Positions 36,352 to 44,662 of a stretch of 64,000 bases of DNA are shown here, piece after piece (the stretch's first letter is position 1; the number at the start of each line of letters is the position of its first letter). The stretch is from an uncultured Collinsella sp. (GTDB lineage Bacteria; Actinomycetota; Coriobacteriia; Coriobacteriales; Coriobacteriaceae). The stretch is from contig CABUSR010000005.1 of assembly GCA_902494245.1 (NCBI GenBank), forward strand, positions 6,081 through 70,080, given 5' to 3'. Position numbers and translations under genes: made by a program. Under the pieces are notes generated by a model. The model had not been told where the DNA came from. It saw only the letters and a list, made by a program, of their open reading frames with translations, and did not search any database.

Positions 36352-37182
36352 ATGGATCGCAGTAAGGTACCCGCCGTTCTATCCATCGCAGGATCCGATT
36401 CCAGCGGTGGCGCCGGCATTCAGGCCGACATCAAGACCATCACGGCGCACCGTCTGTATGCCGAGACGGCCATCACCGCCATCACAGCGCAAAACACACT
36501 GGGCGTTACCGCCGTGCAGGATATCTCGCCAGATATCGTCGCTGCGCAAATTGACGCCGTTTTTGACGATATCCGCCCGAGCGCCGTCAAGATCGGCATG
36601 GTTTCGTCCACCGAGATTATCGAAGTTATCGCCGACCGCCTGAGCGCATGGAACGCAACCAACGTGGTCGTCGACCCCGTTATGGTCGCCACTTCGGGCG
36701 CTCGCCTCATTGCCGAGGATGCCGCCGAGGCGCTCACGCGTCGCCTGTTCCCGCTGGCGACCGTCATCACGCCCAACATTCCCGAGGCCATGGCGTTGCT
36801 CGACTACGAGGTCGATTCCGAGCGCACACAGCAAAACGCTGCCATGCTCCTCACCCGCCGCTTTGGCTGCGCGTCCCTCGTTAAAGGCGGACATTTTGTC
36901 AACGAGGCCAACGATGTGCTAGCGGAGCCCGCGCCGCTCGATGACGAGGGCAACCACCTGAGCGATCCGCTCACCACGTGGTTCCGCCACAAGCGCATCG
37001 AGACCGGTAACACGCATGGCACCGGCTGCACGCTTTCGTCCGCCATCGCCTGCGCATTGGCACAGGGCATGGATCTTGCCGACGCCGTCAACGCCGGCAA
37101 GGCCTACCTAACCGGCGCTCTCGCCGCCGGCTTTGACATGGGCAAAGGTTCCGGCCCCGTCAACCACATGTGGCAGTACTAA
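36352..37182 (+). CDS. thiD: Hydroxymethylpyrimidine/phosphomethylpyrimidine kinase
   Basis: 276 aa. Motifs present: VLSIAGSDSSGGAGIQADIKT and THGTGCTLSSAIA. Confidence 0.9.
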   Translation: MDRSKVPAVLSIAGSDSSGGAGIQADIKTITAHRLYAETAITAITAQNTLGVTAVQDISPDIVAAQIDAVFDDIRPSAVKIGMVSSTEIIEVIADRLSAWNATNVVVDPVMVATSGARLIAEDAAEALTRRLFPLATVITPNIPEAMALLDYEVDSERTQQNAAMLLTRRFGCASLVKGGHFVNEANDVLAEPAPLDDEGNHLSDPLTTWFRHKRIETGNTHGTGCTLSSAIACALAQGMDLADAVNAGKAYLTGALAAGFDMGKGSGPVNHMWQY

Positions 37183-37196
37183 GCCCCGTCCCAAAA

Positions 37197-37229
37197 CCAC
37201 CGCAAAGGGGACAGGCACCTTTGCGGTGG
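37197..37229. terminator. GC hairpin CCACCGCAAAGG-9 nt-CCTTTGCGGTGG
   Basis: A 12-bp stem lies just after the thiD stop. The U-tract (UUUUGGG) is on the minus-strand side. Confidence 0.5.
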
Positions 37230-37240
37230 TTCCCACAAAC

Positions 37241-37457
37241 ATCTCGATCTGTAACAATTAGAGCCCATTTTTCGGCCCACCTGTTACAGATCGAGATATT
37301 CAAATTCCGCTGAGAAGATAATCTCGATCTGTAACAGTAACTCGGCAAAATCGACCCTAGATGTTACAGATCGAGACAAACGACCGATATCGACCTAAAT
37401 AATCTCAATCTGTAACATCTAGGCCGTTTTCAGCCTTACAACTGTTACAGATCAAGA
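37241..37457. repeat. Three tandem palindromic units (period 80-81 bp): 15-16-nt arms ATCTCGATCTGTAACA / TGTTACAGATCGAGA(T) around 25-nt loops
   Basis: The units are at 37241-37297, 37321-37376 and 37402-37457 (unit 3 has 2 arm mismatches). The loops are homologous, and the loop of unit 2 is inverted relative to unit 3. Confidence 0.85.
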
Positions 37458-37473
37458 CAAACAGACGAATCAA

Positions 37474-37501
37474 GCCACCGCAAAGGTACCTTTGTGGTGG
37501 C
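37474..37501 (-). terminator. Hairpin GCCACCGCAAAGG-UA-CCUUUGUGGUGGC after the SGNH hydrolase gene
   Basis: The stem is related to 37197-37229. The minus-strand tail is UUGAUUCGUCUGUUUGUC. Confidence 0.55.
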
Positions 37502-37512
37502 TTGAGGCCGTG

Positions 37513-38172
37513 CTACTCACCGAGCATGTCCTGGAGCTTGGCTGCCACGGCGTGGCCCAGGCTCTCGTGGCTTTCGGGCATCATATGCAGGTAGTCGATA
37601 TCACCCGGCTCGGCGAAATCGGCGGCATTCAAAAAGTCGCAGCCAAACTGCTCTGCCACGTGCGCATAGTACTCGCCAAAATGCTCAGATGCCTCAACGG
37701 AATGCTCGTCAAAGTCGGTCATATACACATTGGCGATCTGCGGCTTGATCTTGATAGGAGCCATCAGCAGAATGCGCGGACAAGGCGCAGCGTCGGTCCA
37801 CGGAAACGCGCGGACGGCGCGAATCAGCGCCATGGCGCCACGGGCGATATCGGAAGCTGTCACGTTAAAGACCGTCTTACAGTCGTTGGTGCCCAGCATG
37901 ATCACAATGGCGTCCAGCGGCTTATGGGCCTCGAGCAGCATCGGAAGCGCGCGAATGCCGTTGAGGTTAGTGTCCAGATGGCACATATCGTCGCGCACCG
38001 TCGTGCGGCCGTTGAGCCCCTCCTCAATCACATGCCAGCCATCGCCTAGGTCGCGCTGCGCCACGCCGCACCAGCGCACATCCTGCGCATAGCGCACCGC
38101 GGTGCCATCGCGCATACCAGCCGGATCATAGCCATAGGTATTGCTATCACCAAAGCACAGAACGTTTTTCAT
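37513..38172 (-). CDS. SGNH/GDSL-family esterase
   Basis: Start trimmed to ATG 38172 (AAGGAAGGG upstream). The four SGNH blocks are present: CFGDSNTYG, GLNGRTT, MLGTNDC, DYLHM. Confidence 0.8.
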   Translation of the reverse strand: MKNVLCFGDSNTYGYDPAGMRDGTAVRYAQDVRWCGVAQRDLGDGWHVIEEGLNGRTTVRDDMCHLDTNLNGIRALPMLLEAHKPLDAIVIMLGTNDCKTVFNVTASDIARGAMALIRAVRAFPWTDAAPCPRILLMAPIKIKPQIANVYMTDFDEHSVEASEHFGEYYAHVAEQFGCDFLNAADFAEPGDIDYLHMMPESHESLGHAVAAKLQDMLGE

Positions 38173-38247
38173 CGTAAGCCCTTCCTTTAGTAAAAAGCCG
38201 ACGGGAGCAGCCCCCGTCGGCTCGGCATGTCGCATCACGCGCGCCGT

Positions 38248-39396
38248 TTACAAGTATTTGCGCCAATCGTCATCGTCCTCATCGTCCTCGGCGGCAGCCT
38301 GGGCCTGCTCGGCGGCGCGAGCAGCCGCAGCGCGTGCGGCAACCTGGGCATAGGATTCCTCGTTACGCTCGGGGAAGCTTGCCAGCACGTGCTCGAACTT
38401 GGCGAAGTCCTCATCCCAGCGCGTAGAAGGCACGGCAAAGAACACCTGCTTGACCTTAAAGTCGCCCGATGCGAGCTCCTTACGGAAGAGCTCGGCCACG
38501 GCCTCGGCGTCAAAGCCGTTGTTGTCGCAACCCCAAGCACCCAGTACGAGCTTCTCGCGACCCAGCTCGTCGCAGATGGCAAGCACAAAGCGGATACGAT
38601 CGCGCAGAGCGTCGAGCAAGGCATCGTCGCTCACGCGATACTCCTGGCGAGCACGCTTGGCGTTGGGCGCGGCGGCCACGATTACGTCGGCATAGGCGTG
38701 CACATGGTTGCGGTCGAAGCGCACCGCGGGCACCACCAGCGCACGGTTGCGGTACAGCTCGCAGTTGATGTTGCGGCGACGGTTCTCACCGTACCACTTA
38801 CGCTGCTTGTCGAGTACGTTGTACAGGTACGAATCTGCGCAGAGCGTCGCCTCCTGGCCCAGGTAGCCCTGGATATAGCCGCCGCCCGGATTGGTAAACG
38901 AGGCAAAGACAAGCACGGCCATATCGCAGAACTGCGCATAGCCGCGGCCGTTATCGAGGATTGCCTGCGTAGCGGAGGCATCAAGCACAGTGACCTCGGG
39001 CAGGACCGGAGCAGCCTCCTCCGCGGGCGCGGACTCAGCCTCGTCGGCCGACTCGGTGAACTCGGGTGCCACCTCGGACTCGACCGCAGTCTCCACCTCA
39101 GCGGCCTCCACCTCGGCAGCCTCAACCTCGGCAGCGTCAGCCTCCACAACCTCGGCAACCGGCTCCTCGGCAGCCGCAGCCGCTTGGGCCTTGGCCTTCA
39201 TCGCCGCGACAAAACCGGCAGGCATACCATCGAACTCGCGCACGCCGGTAAGCGAACGCTCGATGTCCTTGGCGCAGGCCTCGGACACAGCCGCCACATG
39301 GCGCTCGGCGGCCTTGGCACGCGCCTCGCGCTTGGGATTGGGCTGACCCGCTCGGTTAGACCTGCGGTTACGGTTCCTGTTGTCGACATCTGCCAT
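38248..39396 (-). CDS. TIGR02452 / DUF2263 macrodomain protein (microbial-type PARG-like) with a disordered N-terminal extension and an acidic tail
   Basis: 382 aa. The core is FASFTNPGGGYIQGYLGQEATLCADSYLY, matching the PARG signature GGG-x7-QE. The N-terminal ~140 aa are low-complexity with AEVEA repeats. Confidence 0.75.
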   Translation of the reverse strand: MADVDNRNRNRRSNRAGQPNPKREARAKAAERHVAAVSEACAKDIERSLTGVREFDGMPAGFVAAMKAKAQAAAAAEEPVAEVVEADAAEVEAAEVEAAEVETAVESEVAPEFTESADEAESAPAEEAAPVLPEVTVLDASATQAILDNGRGYAQFCDMAVLVFASFTNPGGGYIQGYLGQEATLCADSYLYNVLDKQRKWYGENRRRNINCELYRNRALVVPAVRFDRNHVHAYADVIVAAAPNAKRARQEYRVSDDALLDALRDRIRFVLAICDELGREKLVLGAWGCDNNGFDAEAVAELFRKELASGDFKVKQVFFAVPSTRWDEDFAKFEHVLASFPERNEESYAQVAARAAAARAAEQAQAAAEDDEDDDDWRKYL

Positions 39397-39461
39397 ACGT
39401 GGCCACCTTTCCTGTCGCTGCCGCTATCGGCTTTTTCCCATCCATCATACCCCGCCACGCA

Positions 39462-39486
39462 CAAAAAAGACGGCCCCGAAGGACCG
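39462..39486 (-). terminator. Intrinsic terminator after the BI-1 gene
   Basis: CGGUCC-UUCG-GGGCCG is followed on the minus strand by UCUUUUUUG. Confidence 0.75.
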
Positions 39487-39535
39487 CCTTTCGTATCGTT
39501 TTACCGTGTCCGGCAGGAAACGTCGCAACGCCGCG

Positions 39536-40231
39536 CTAGTCGCGACGACCGAGAATGTTCAGGATGCGCAGGAACACGTTGATAATGTCCACGAACAGAT
39601 TGGACGCCATGAGCACCGCATTGGGCAGCGTGGGCGGCACCGTCGTGGCAACATAGGTGTCGTAGCCAATAAACCCGGCGAACACCACGATCACGATCAG
39701 ATCGGTGATGGACTGCGAGACGCCCATGAACATCAGCACGATCTCGACCAGAATCGTGGCAAGCAGGATGCCAAAGCCGATGCCGTACACACGCTGGAAG
39801 AACTTGGGGAAGGTCACGCCCAGCGCACCGAAGACAAAGGTGATAGCAGCGGTGGCGATAAAGGCGGTGTTGATAGTGGGCAGGTCGTAGTTGGCAAGGC
39901 CAAACGACGCGGTCAGGCCAAAGGTGCTCGCAAAGATCACGTAACCCACGAGCGACAGACCCACGGACTGCTTGCCCGCAGCAGCAGACATCATGACGAT
40001 ACCGACAATAGTCAGGATAAACGAGCCAAAGACCAGTGGCAGGGCGGCCCCGCTCATCATCATGCGGGCAAACGCCATGGTGCTCGTAAAGTAAGCACCG
40101 GCGCCCATGGCGCAAAAGCCCAAGAAAATGAGAGCAGACATGGCGAGATTGTACGCGCGCGGCGACATCTCCTTGGCGCGACTTGCGCCGGTCTCGATGG
40201 GGCCGTTCTGATAGCCCTGGATATCGTTCAT
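39536..40231 (-). CDS. Bax inhibitor-1 / YccA family membrane protein
   Basis: Start trimmed to ATG 40231 (GAAAGGA upstream). It has seven predicted TM helices and the C-terminal motif FVDIINVFLRILNILG. Confidence 0.85.
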   Translation of the reverse strand: MNDIQGYQNGPIETGASRAKEMSPRAYNLAMSALIFLGFCAMGAGAYFTSTMAFARMMMSGAALPLVFGSFILTIVGIVMMSAAAGKQSVGLSLVGYVIFASTFGLTASFGLANYDLPTINTAFIATAAITFVFGALGVTFPKFFQRVYGIGFGILLATILVEIVLMFMGVSQSITDLIVIVVFAGFIGYDTYVATTVPPTLPNAVLMASNLFVDIINVFLRILNILGRRD

Positions 40232-40309
40232 ACTTCGTCCTTTCAAAAAGCGCACGACAGCGCCGTAGGTGACAAGATTCCTGCTATTGTACCCGAATGC
40301 CGCACGTCC

Positions 40310-40648
40310 TTACCTACGGCGCTCGCCCTCAAGCGTACGATCAAAGGCCCAGACCCACCAACGCATCACGTGTGCCTGCGAGCCGTCCGCCCGCTCGCGC
40401 GTCTGGTCCTCCAGATACAACTCGGTCGCGTGCCCGCCAAAACGCACCTTATACGTTGACGTACGGATGCCGTGGACCATCAGGCCAAACCCAGTGGTCG
40501 AGATAATTTCGTCGATCGTAAAACAACGGCCGTCGACCCAGCAGACGGTGACCGGCACGACCTGTCCGCCCGCGAGGATGCGAGCCACGACGTCCACATA
40601 CTGCTTGTGCACGCGCCGAGTTTTGCCGTCTGTCTGTCGATATTCCAT
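40310..40648 (-). CDS. Hypothetical small protein (about 112 aa; start uncertain: 40648, 40669 or 40735)
   Basis: MEYRQTDGKTRRVHKQYVDVVARILAGGQVVPVTVCWVDGRCFTIDEIISTTGF...YKVRFGGHATELYLED...RWWVWAF. I cannot assign a domain. Confidence 0.55.
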   Translation of the reverse strand: MEYRQTDGKTRRVHKQYVDVVARILAGGQVVPVTVCWVDGRCFTIDEIISTTGFGLMVHGIRTSTYKVRFGGHATELYLEDQTRERADGSQAHVMRWWVWAFDRTLEGERRR

Positions 40649-40898
40649 GCCCCCTATTATCGAACGCATGTTTGCATGTTGTAAAGCGAACAGACTGTGG
40701 TTTTGGGGTGTTGGGGCGCGTACACGTGTCCGCATGGCGTGTTAGCAAAAAGAACACCCGCGGTCAACAGGGCTAATATTCAATTTTAGTGCCAAAAAGT
40801 TCACTTCTCCCATCAGAACTCGGTAAAGAGACCCGCAGGAGGTGATACGATTTATCATGTTTTTGTAACGTGTCTGCAAACTTCGAGAAAGCCCATAT

Positions 40899-41948
40899 AT
40901 GGACGTAACGTTCTCAACCTTCCTCGGCCAAATTGTGTCGAACCCAGTCCTTGCCGTCACCGTGATTCTCGCGTTGGGCGCCATCTTCGTCAATGGATGG
41001 ACCGACGCGCCCAACGCCATCGCGACCTGCGTCACTACGCGTTGCATGCCCGCCCGCGCCGCCATTCTCATGAGCGCCGCATTCAACTTCTTGGGTGTGC
41101 TCATCATGACGCACTTTAACGCGAGCGTCGCCAATACCATTTCACATATCGTCGACTTTGGCGGAAACAGCACCATGGCGCTCGCCTGCCTGTGCGCGGC
41201 GCTGTTCTCCATCGTCGTCTACGGTGCCACGGCGTCGCGTTTTGGCATCCCCACCTCGCAAAGCCACAGCCTTATCGCCGGCCTGACCGGTGCCGCCATC
41301 GCCCTCGGCGGCGCGAACAGCGTCAACGTCCACGAGTGGATGAAGGTCATCTACGGCCTGGCGCTCTCCATCGGCCTGGGCTTTGTCATGGGCTGGATCC
41401 TGTGCAAACTCGTCTCGATTCTGTTTGCCGCCGCCAATAGGCGACGTGCCAACGTCTTCTTTAAATACGCTCAGATCGCGAGTGCCGCGGCCATGAGCTT
41501 TATGCACGGCGCGCAGGATGGACAGAAGTTCATCGGCGTGCTCTTTTTAGGCGTGGCCTTCGCCAACGGCCAGACGAGCGTCGGCGATGCCGGCATCCCC
41601 ATCTGGATTATGCTGCTGTGCTCGGCAACCATGGGCATCGGCACCAGCGTGGGCGGCGAGCGCATCATCAAGTCCGTCGGCCAGAGCATGGTCAAGCTCG
41701 AGAAGTATCAGGGATTCTCCGCCGACCTCGCGGGCGCCGCGAATCTGCTGCTTGCCACCCTTACCGGTATCCCCGTGTCCTCCACCCACATCAAGACCTG
41801 CGCCATCATGGGCGTCGGTGCCGTCAAGCGCCTTTCGGCCATCAACTTCGGCGTGGTCAAGGACATGATGTTCACCTGGTTCTTCACCTTCCCCGCCTGC
41901 GGACTCATCAGCTTTGTCATGGCCAAGCTGTTCATGATGTTCATCTAG
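40899..41948 (+). CDS. pit: PiT-family inorganic phosphate transporter
   Basis: 349 aa. It has NGWTDAPNAIAT and a second repeat, FMHGAQDGQKFIG. Confidence 0.9.
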   Translation: MDVTFSTFLGQIVSNPVLAVTVILALGAIFVNGWTDAPNAIATCVTTRCMPARAAILMSAAFNFLGVLIMTHFNASVANTISHIVDFGGNSTMALACLCAALFSIVVYGATASRFGIPTSQSHSLIAGLTGAAIALGGANSVNVHEWMKVIYGLALSIGLGFVMGWILCKLVSILFAAANRRRANVFFKYAQIASAAAMSFMHGAQDGQKFIGVLFLGVAFANGQTSVGDAGIPIWIMLLCSATMGIGTSVGGERIIKSVGQSMVKLEKYQGFSADLAGAANLLLATLTGIPVSSTHIKTCAIMGVGAVKRLSAINFGVVKDMMFTWFFTFPACGLISFVMAKLFMMFI

Positions 41949-42015
41949 TCAAACCGAGCGTCCATCCGGACCGTAATACCTCGCCCACCCGACTTCGCCT
42001 CGAAAGGACCCACTC

Positions 42016-42639
42016 ATGGCAAAGAAACCCGATTCGTTCTACTTTGACAACTACGTCGCTTGCGCCGACCTCGCCGTCCAGGCCGCAGAGCTGCTCACCA
42101 AGATTTTTGAGAACTTCGATCCCGCGCAGATTCACGACATGCTCAATAAGATGCATGCGATTGAGCATGCGGCAGACAAGAAGCACCACGAGCTCGAAGA
42201 CGCCCTGCTCACCGCCTTTATCACCCCGCTCGAGCGCGAGGATCTGGATCTGATGAGCTGCGCGCTCGACACCGTGCTCGACCGTATTGAGGGCGTCGTG
42301 CAGCGCGTCTACTTCACCAACATTCAGAGCATCCATCCCGACGCCATCGTCATCGCCCACAAGGTGACTGACGCCTGCCGCGCCATGAAAGACCTGATGG
42401 TCGAGCTTCCCAACTACCGCAAGTCCAAGACCCTGCGCGAGCTGGTCATCCAGATCAACACCATCGAGTCCGAGGCCGACGAGCTCTACATCAACGCCAT
42501 GCGCAACCTGCACGTTAACGGCAAGGATCCGCTCGAGGTCATCGCTTGGCGTGACGTGTACGCCTTCCTGGAGTACTGCGCCGACTGCTGCGAGAATGTG
42601 GCCGATGTTGTGGATTCGATTGTCATGAAGAACAGTTAA
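42016..42639 (+). CDS. DUF47 (PhoU-like, Pit accessory) protein
   Basis: 207 aa of PhoU-like helical repeats (HAIEHAADKKHHEL, NTIESEADELYINA). It is adjacent to pit. Confidence 0.85.
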   Translation: MAKKPDSFYFDNYVACADLAVQAAELLTKIFENFDPAQIHDMLNKMHAIEHAADKKHHELEDALLTAFITPLEREDLDLMSCALDTVLDRIEGVVQRVYFTNIQSIHPDAIVIAHKVTDACRAMKDLMVELPNYRKSKTLRELVIQINTIESEADELYINAMRNLHVNGKDPLEVIAWRDVYAFLEYCADCCENVADVVDSIVMKNS

Positions 42640-42664
42640 TTGGGGGTACATGTCCCACCGGTCG

Positions 42665-42740
42665 CGGGCCCGACCACTAATAACCTTTTTCACTCCGGCT
42701 GCAAGCAGAGTCGTTCAAAAGGTATTAGTGGTCGGGCCCG
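42665..42740. repeat. Long inverted repeat (24-25-bp arms with one bulge, 27-nt loop)
   Basis: CGGGCCCGACCACTAATAACCTTTT ... AAAAGGTATTAGTGGTCGGGCCCG. Outer GGTACAT/ATGTACC arms extend the palindrome. No U-tract follows. Confidence 0.75.
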
Positions 42741-42924
42741 CTCCCTTATGTACCACCATTGGGAACTTTGGCTGATAGTTTTAGCGCAATGGGGGTTTGG
42801 CTGAAGGGACCTTTGGTACCCGTTCGGACACTTTGGCCCTTGATGAGCGCTTGGCTGATTGCTGCTTTGGGTACTCTTTGGGTTACCTTGGATTTGTTTG
42901 ATTTTTAATTGTTGGAGGGCTTGT

Positions 42925-43455
42925 ATGTCGTATTTGGATCTGGCTCGGTCTCGGTATTCTTGTCGTGAATTTGAGGCTCGGGCTGTTGAGCAGGCTGTGG
43001 TGGATGCCATTGTTGAGGCTGGGCGCATTGCTCCTTCTGCTTGCAATAATCATCCAAGCCGTGTGATGGTGTTGGATACGCCTGAGCTTCTGGAGAAGGC
43101 TGCTGCTTGTCAGCCTCGGTTTGCTCGTGATGGGTCTATCTTTGGGGCTCCGCTTATCTTTCTTATTTGCAGCGTTACCGACGATGCTTGGGTGCGCCCG
43201 TATGACCAGATGAACTCCAGTGCCATCGACACCTCGATTGTTTGCGATCAGATGATGATGGAGGCCGAGGAGCAGGGCCTGGGTACGTGCTGGGTGTGCC
43301 ATTTTAAGCCCGAGGTGGCCTGTGAGCAGTTCAGCCTGCCCGAGGGCACCTATCCCTATCACATGCTCGTCTGCGGCCATCCTGCCGACCATATCGCCGA
43401 TCCTGAGCATCGCGAGGCCCGCACCATTCCCCTCCCCGACTTCCTCCTCAAGTAG
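42925..43455 (+). CDS. Nitroreductase-family FMN oxidoreductase
   Basis: Start trimmed to ATG 42925 (GGAGGG upstream), giving 176 aa. Motifs present: RYSCREF, APSACNNHP, GLGTCWV. Confidence 0.85.
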   Translation: MSYLDLARSRYSCREFEARAVEQAVVDAIVEAGRIAPSACNNHPSRVMVLDTPELLEKAAACQPRFARDGSIFGAPLIFLICSVTDDAWVRPYDQMNSSAIDTSIVCDQMMMEAEEQGLGTCWVCHFKPEVACEQFSLPEGTYPYHMLVCGHPADHIADPEHREARTIPLPDFLLK

Positions 43456-43500
43456 ATTTTTGGGACATGCCTTAAAATCCACCTTTGACCATGCGCCCTT

Positions 43501-43545
43501 CGCCGAGTCCTGTGCCCTCAAACGCAGGACTCGGCGTTTTATTTT
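43501..43545 (+). terminator. Intrinsic terminator after the nitroreductase gene
   Basis: CGCCGAGTCCTG-12 nt-CAGGACTCGGCG is followed by TTTTATTTT. Confidence 0.8.
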
Positions 43546-43564
43546 GCAGACTGCACACAGCCAC

Positions 43565-43591
43565 AAAAAAGGACCCGCAAGCTGCGGGCCC
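43565..43591 (-). terminator. Intrinsic terminator after divIVA
   Basis: GGGCCCGC-5 nt-GCGGGUCC is followed on the minus strand by UUUUUUG. Confidence 0.7.
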
Positions 43592-43619
43592 TTTCTAGGC
43601 GCTACATGATAGCTGGATA

Positions 43620-44297
43620 TTAGTCCAGGTCGTCTGCGGCGAAGTTGTCGATCGGTGCGAAGGGATCGGCAACGGGGATAACCGGCTCGGCGACGGGCAG
43701 CGGCTCGGCAGCAGGAACGGTCACAGCCGGAGAAGCGGCGGAACCAACCGGCGTGGAAGCCATGAGATCGGACGGGAAGGAGTTCTGAGCATCGTCCATG
43801 AAGTGCTGGATGAGCTTGAGGTACTCGGCCTTGAACTCCTCACGGGAAGCCTTAAGACGGTCGATCTCCTCAAGCTCGGCCTGCTTCTCGGTCAGGGCCT
43901 GGCGGATGACCTCGCGGGCCTTGGCGTCGGCCTCGTTGCGGATGCGGTCAGCGTTCTCGTTGGCGTCGTTGACAATGCCCTCGGCAGTCTGCTGGGCAGC
44001 AATCAGGGCAGCGGAAATCTGACGCTCCTGAGCGGAGAAGTCGGGTGCAGGAGCGGCCACAGGGGCGGCGGGAACGGCCTGTGCGGCAGCGTCCTGAGCC
44101 TGAGCAAGCTGGGCCTGCGTATCGGCAAGCTGCTGCTCGGTAGCAGTCAGACGACCCTTAAGATCGACGATCTTGGCGAGCATGGCGTCGACCTCAGAGG
44201 ACAGGGTCTCCAGGAAGACGTCGACCTCGGCGGGATCGTAGCCGCGCTTGGCCTCAGAGAAGGTCTGAGCCTGAATGTCAGCAGGGGTAATAGCCAT
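43620..44297 (-). CDS. divIVA: DivIVA-domain cell-division/polarity protein
   Basis: 225 aa. The sequence begins MAITPADIQAQTFSEAKRGYDPAEVDVFLE and continues into a coiled coil. Confidence 0.85.
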   Translation of the reverse strand: MAITPADIQAQTFSEAKRGYDPAEVDVFLETLSSEVDAMLAKIVDLKGRLTATEQQLADTQAQLAQAQDAAAQAVPAAPVAAPAPDFSAQERQISAALIAAQQTAEGIVNDANENADRIRNEADAKAREVIRQALTEKQAELEEIDRLKASREEFKAEYLKLIQHFMDDAQNSFPSDLMASTPVGSAASPAVTVPAAEPLPVAEPVIPVADPFAPIDNFAADDLD

Positions 44298-44359
44298 AAC
44301 AAGTTCTCCTTTATCTTCGCCTTGGCGCCGTGCGCCCGACGTGAGTTACTAAGCCAGTT

Positions 44360-44617
44360 TTATATGAGTATACCTATAAGAAGTTGCAGAACCAGCTTCT
44401 GCACCAACTGCAACGCAATAATCGCAACGACCGGTGAAAAATCGACGCCGCCCATGGGCGGGATAAACCGGCGGAACAAATTGAGCCACGGGCCGCACAC
44501 GCTATCGAGGACGGCGGCGATATCCTGTAGCAACCCGCCCTGCTTCATAGGGATCCACGTCATAAGGCAGTAGACCACGATGAGCGTGGAGTAAAAGTTG
44601 AACAGCGTATTGACCAA
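44360..44617 (-). CDS. yggT: YggT-family membrane protein (5' end uncertain)
   Basis: The longest canonical ORF starts at TTG 44617 with no SD. A GAGGAG lies 30 nt further upstream in the same open frame (see findings). Confidence 0.8.
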   Translation of the reverse strand: MVNTLFNFYSTLIVVYCLMTWIPMKQGGLLQDIAAVLDSVCGPWLNLFRRFIPPMGGVDFSPVVAIIALQLVQKLVLQLLIGILI

Positions 44618-44662
44618 CTGGACAATGGTGTAGATGTTGATGAGAATCTCCTCGTCTTGTCT

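Noticed and set aside
37241-37457. Possible CRISPR array.
   Set aside because: The 15-16-nt repeats alternate in orientation as hairpin arms. There are only three units, the 25-nt 'spacers' are homologous to one another, and there are no cas genes or leader. I treat it as a palindromic repeat cluster instead.
38227-40459. Plus-strand ORFs 38227..39582 (451 aa) and 39380..40459 (359 aa).
   Set aside because: They are antisense to the PARG-like gene and the BI-1 gene, and have no motifs.
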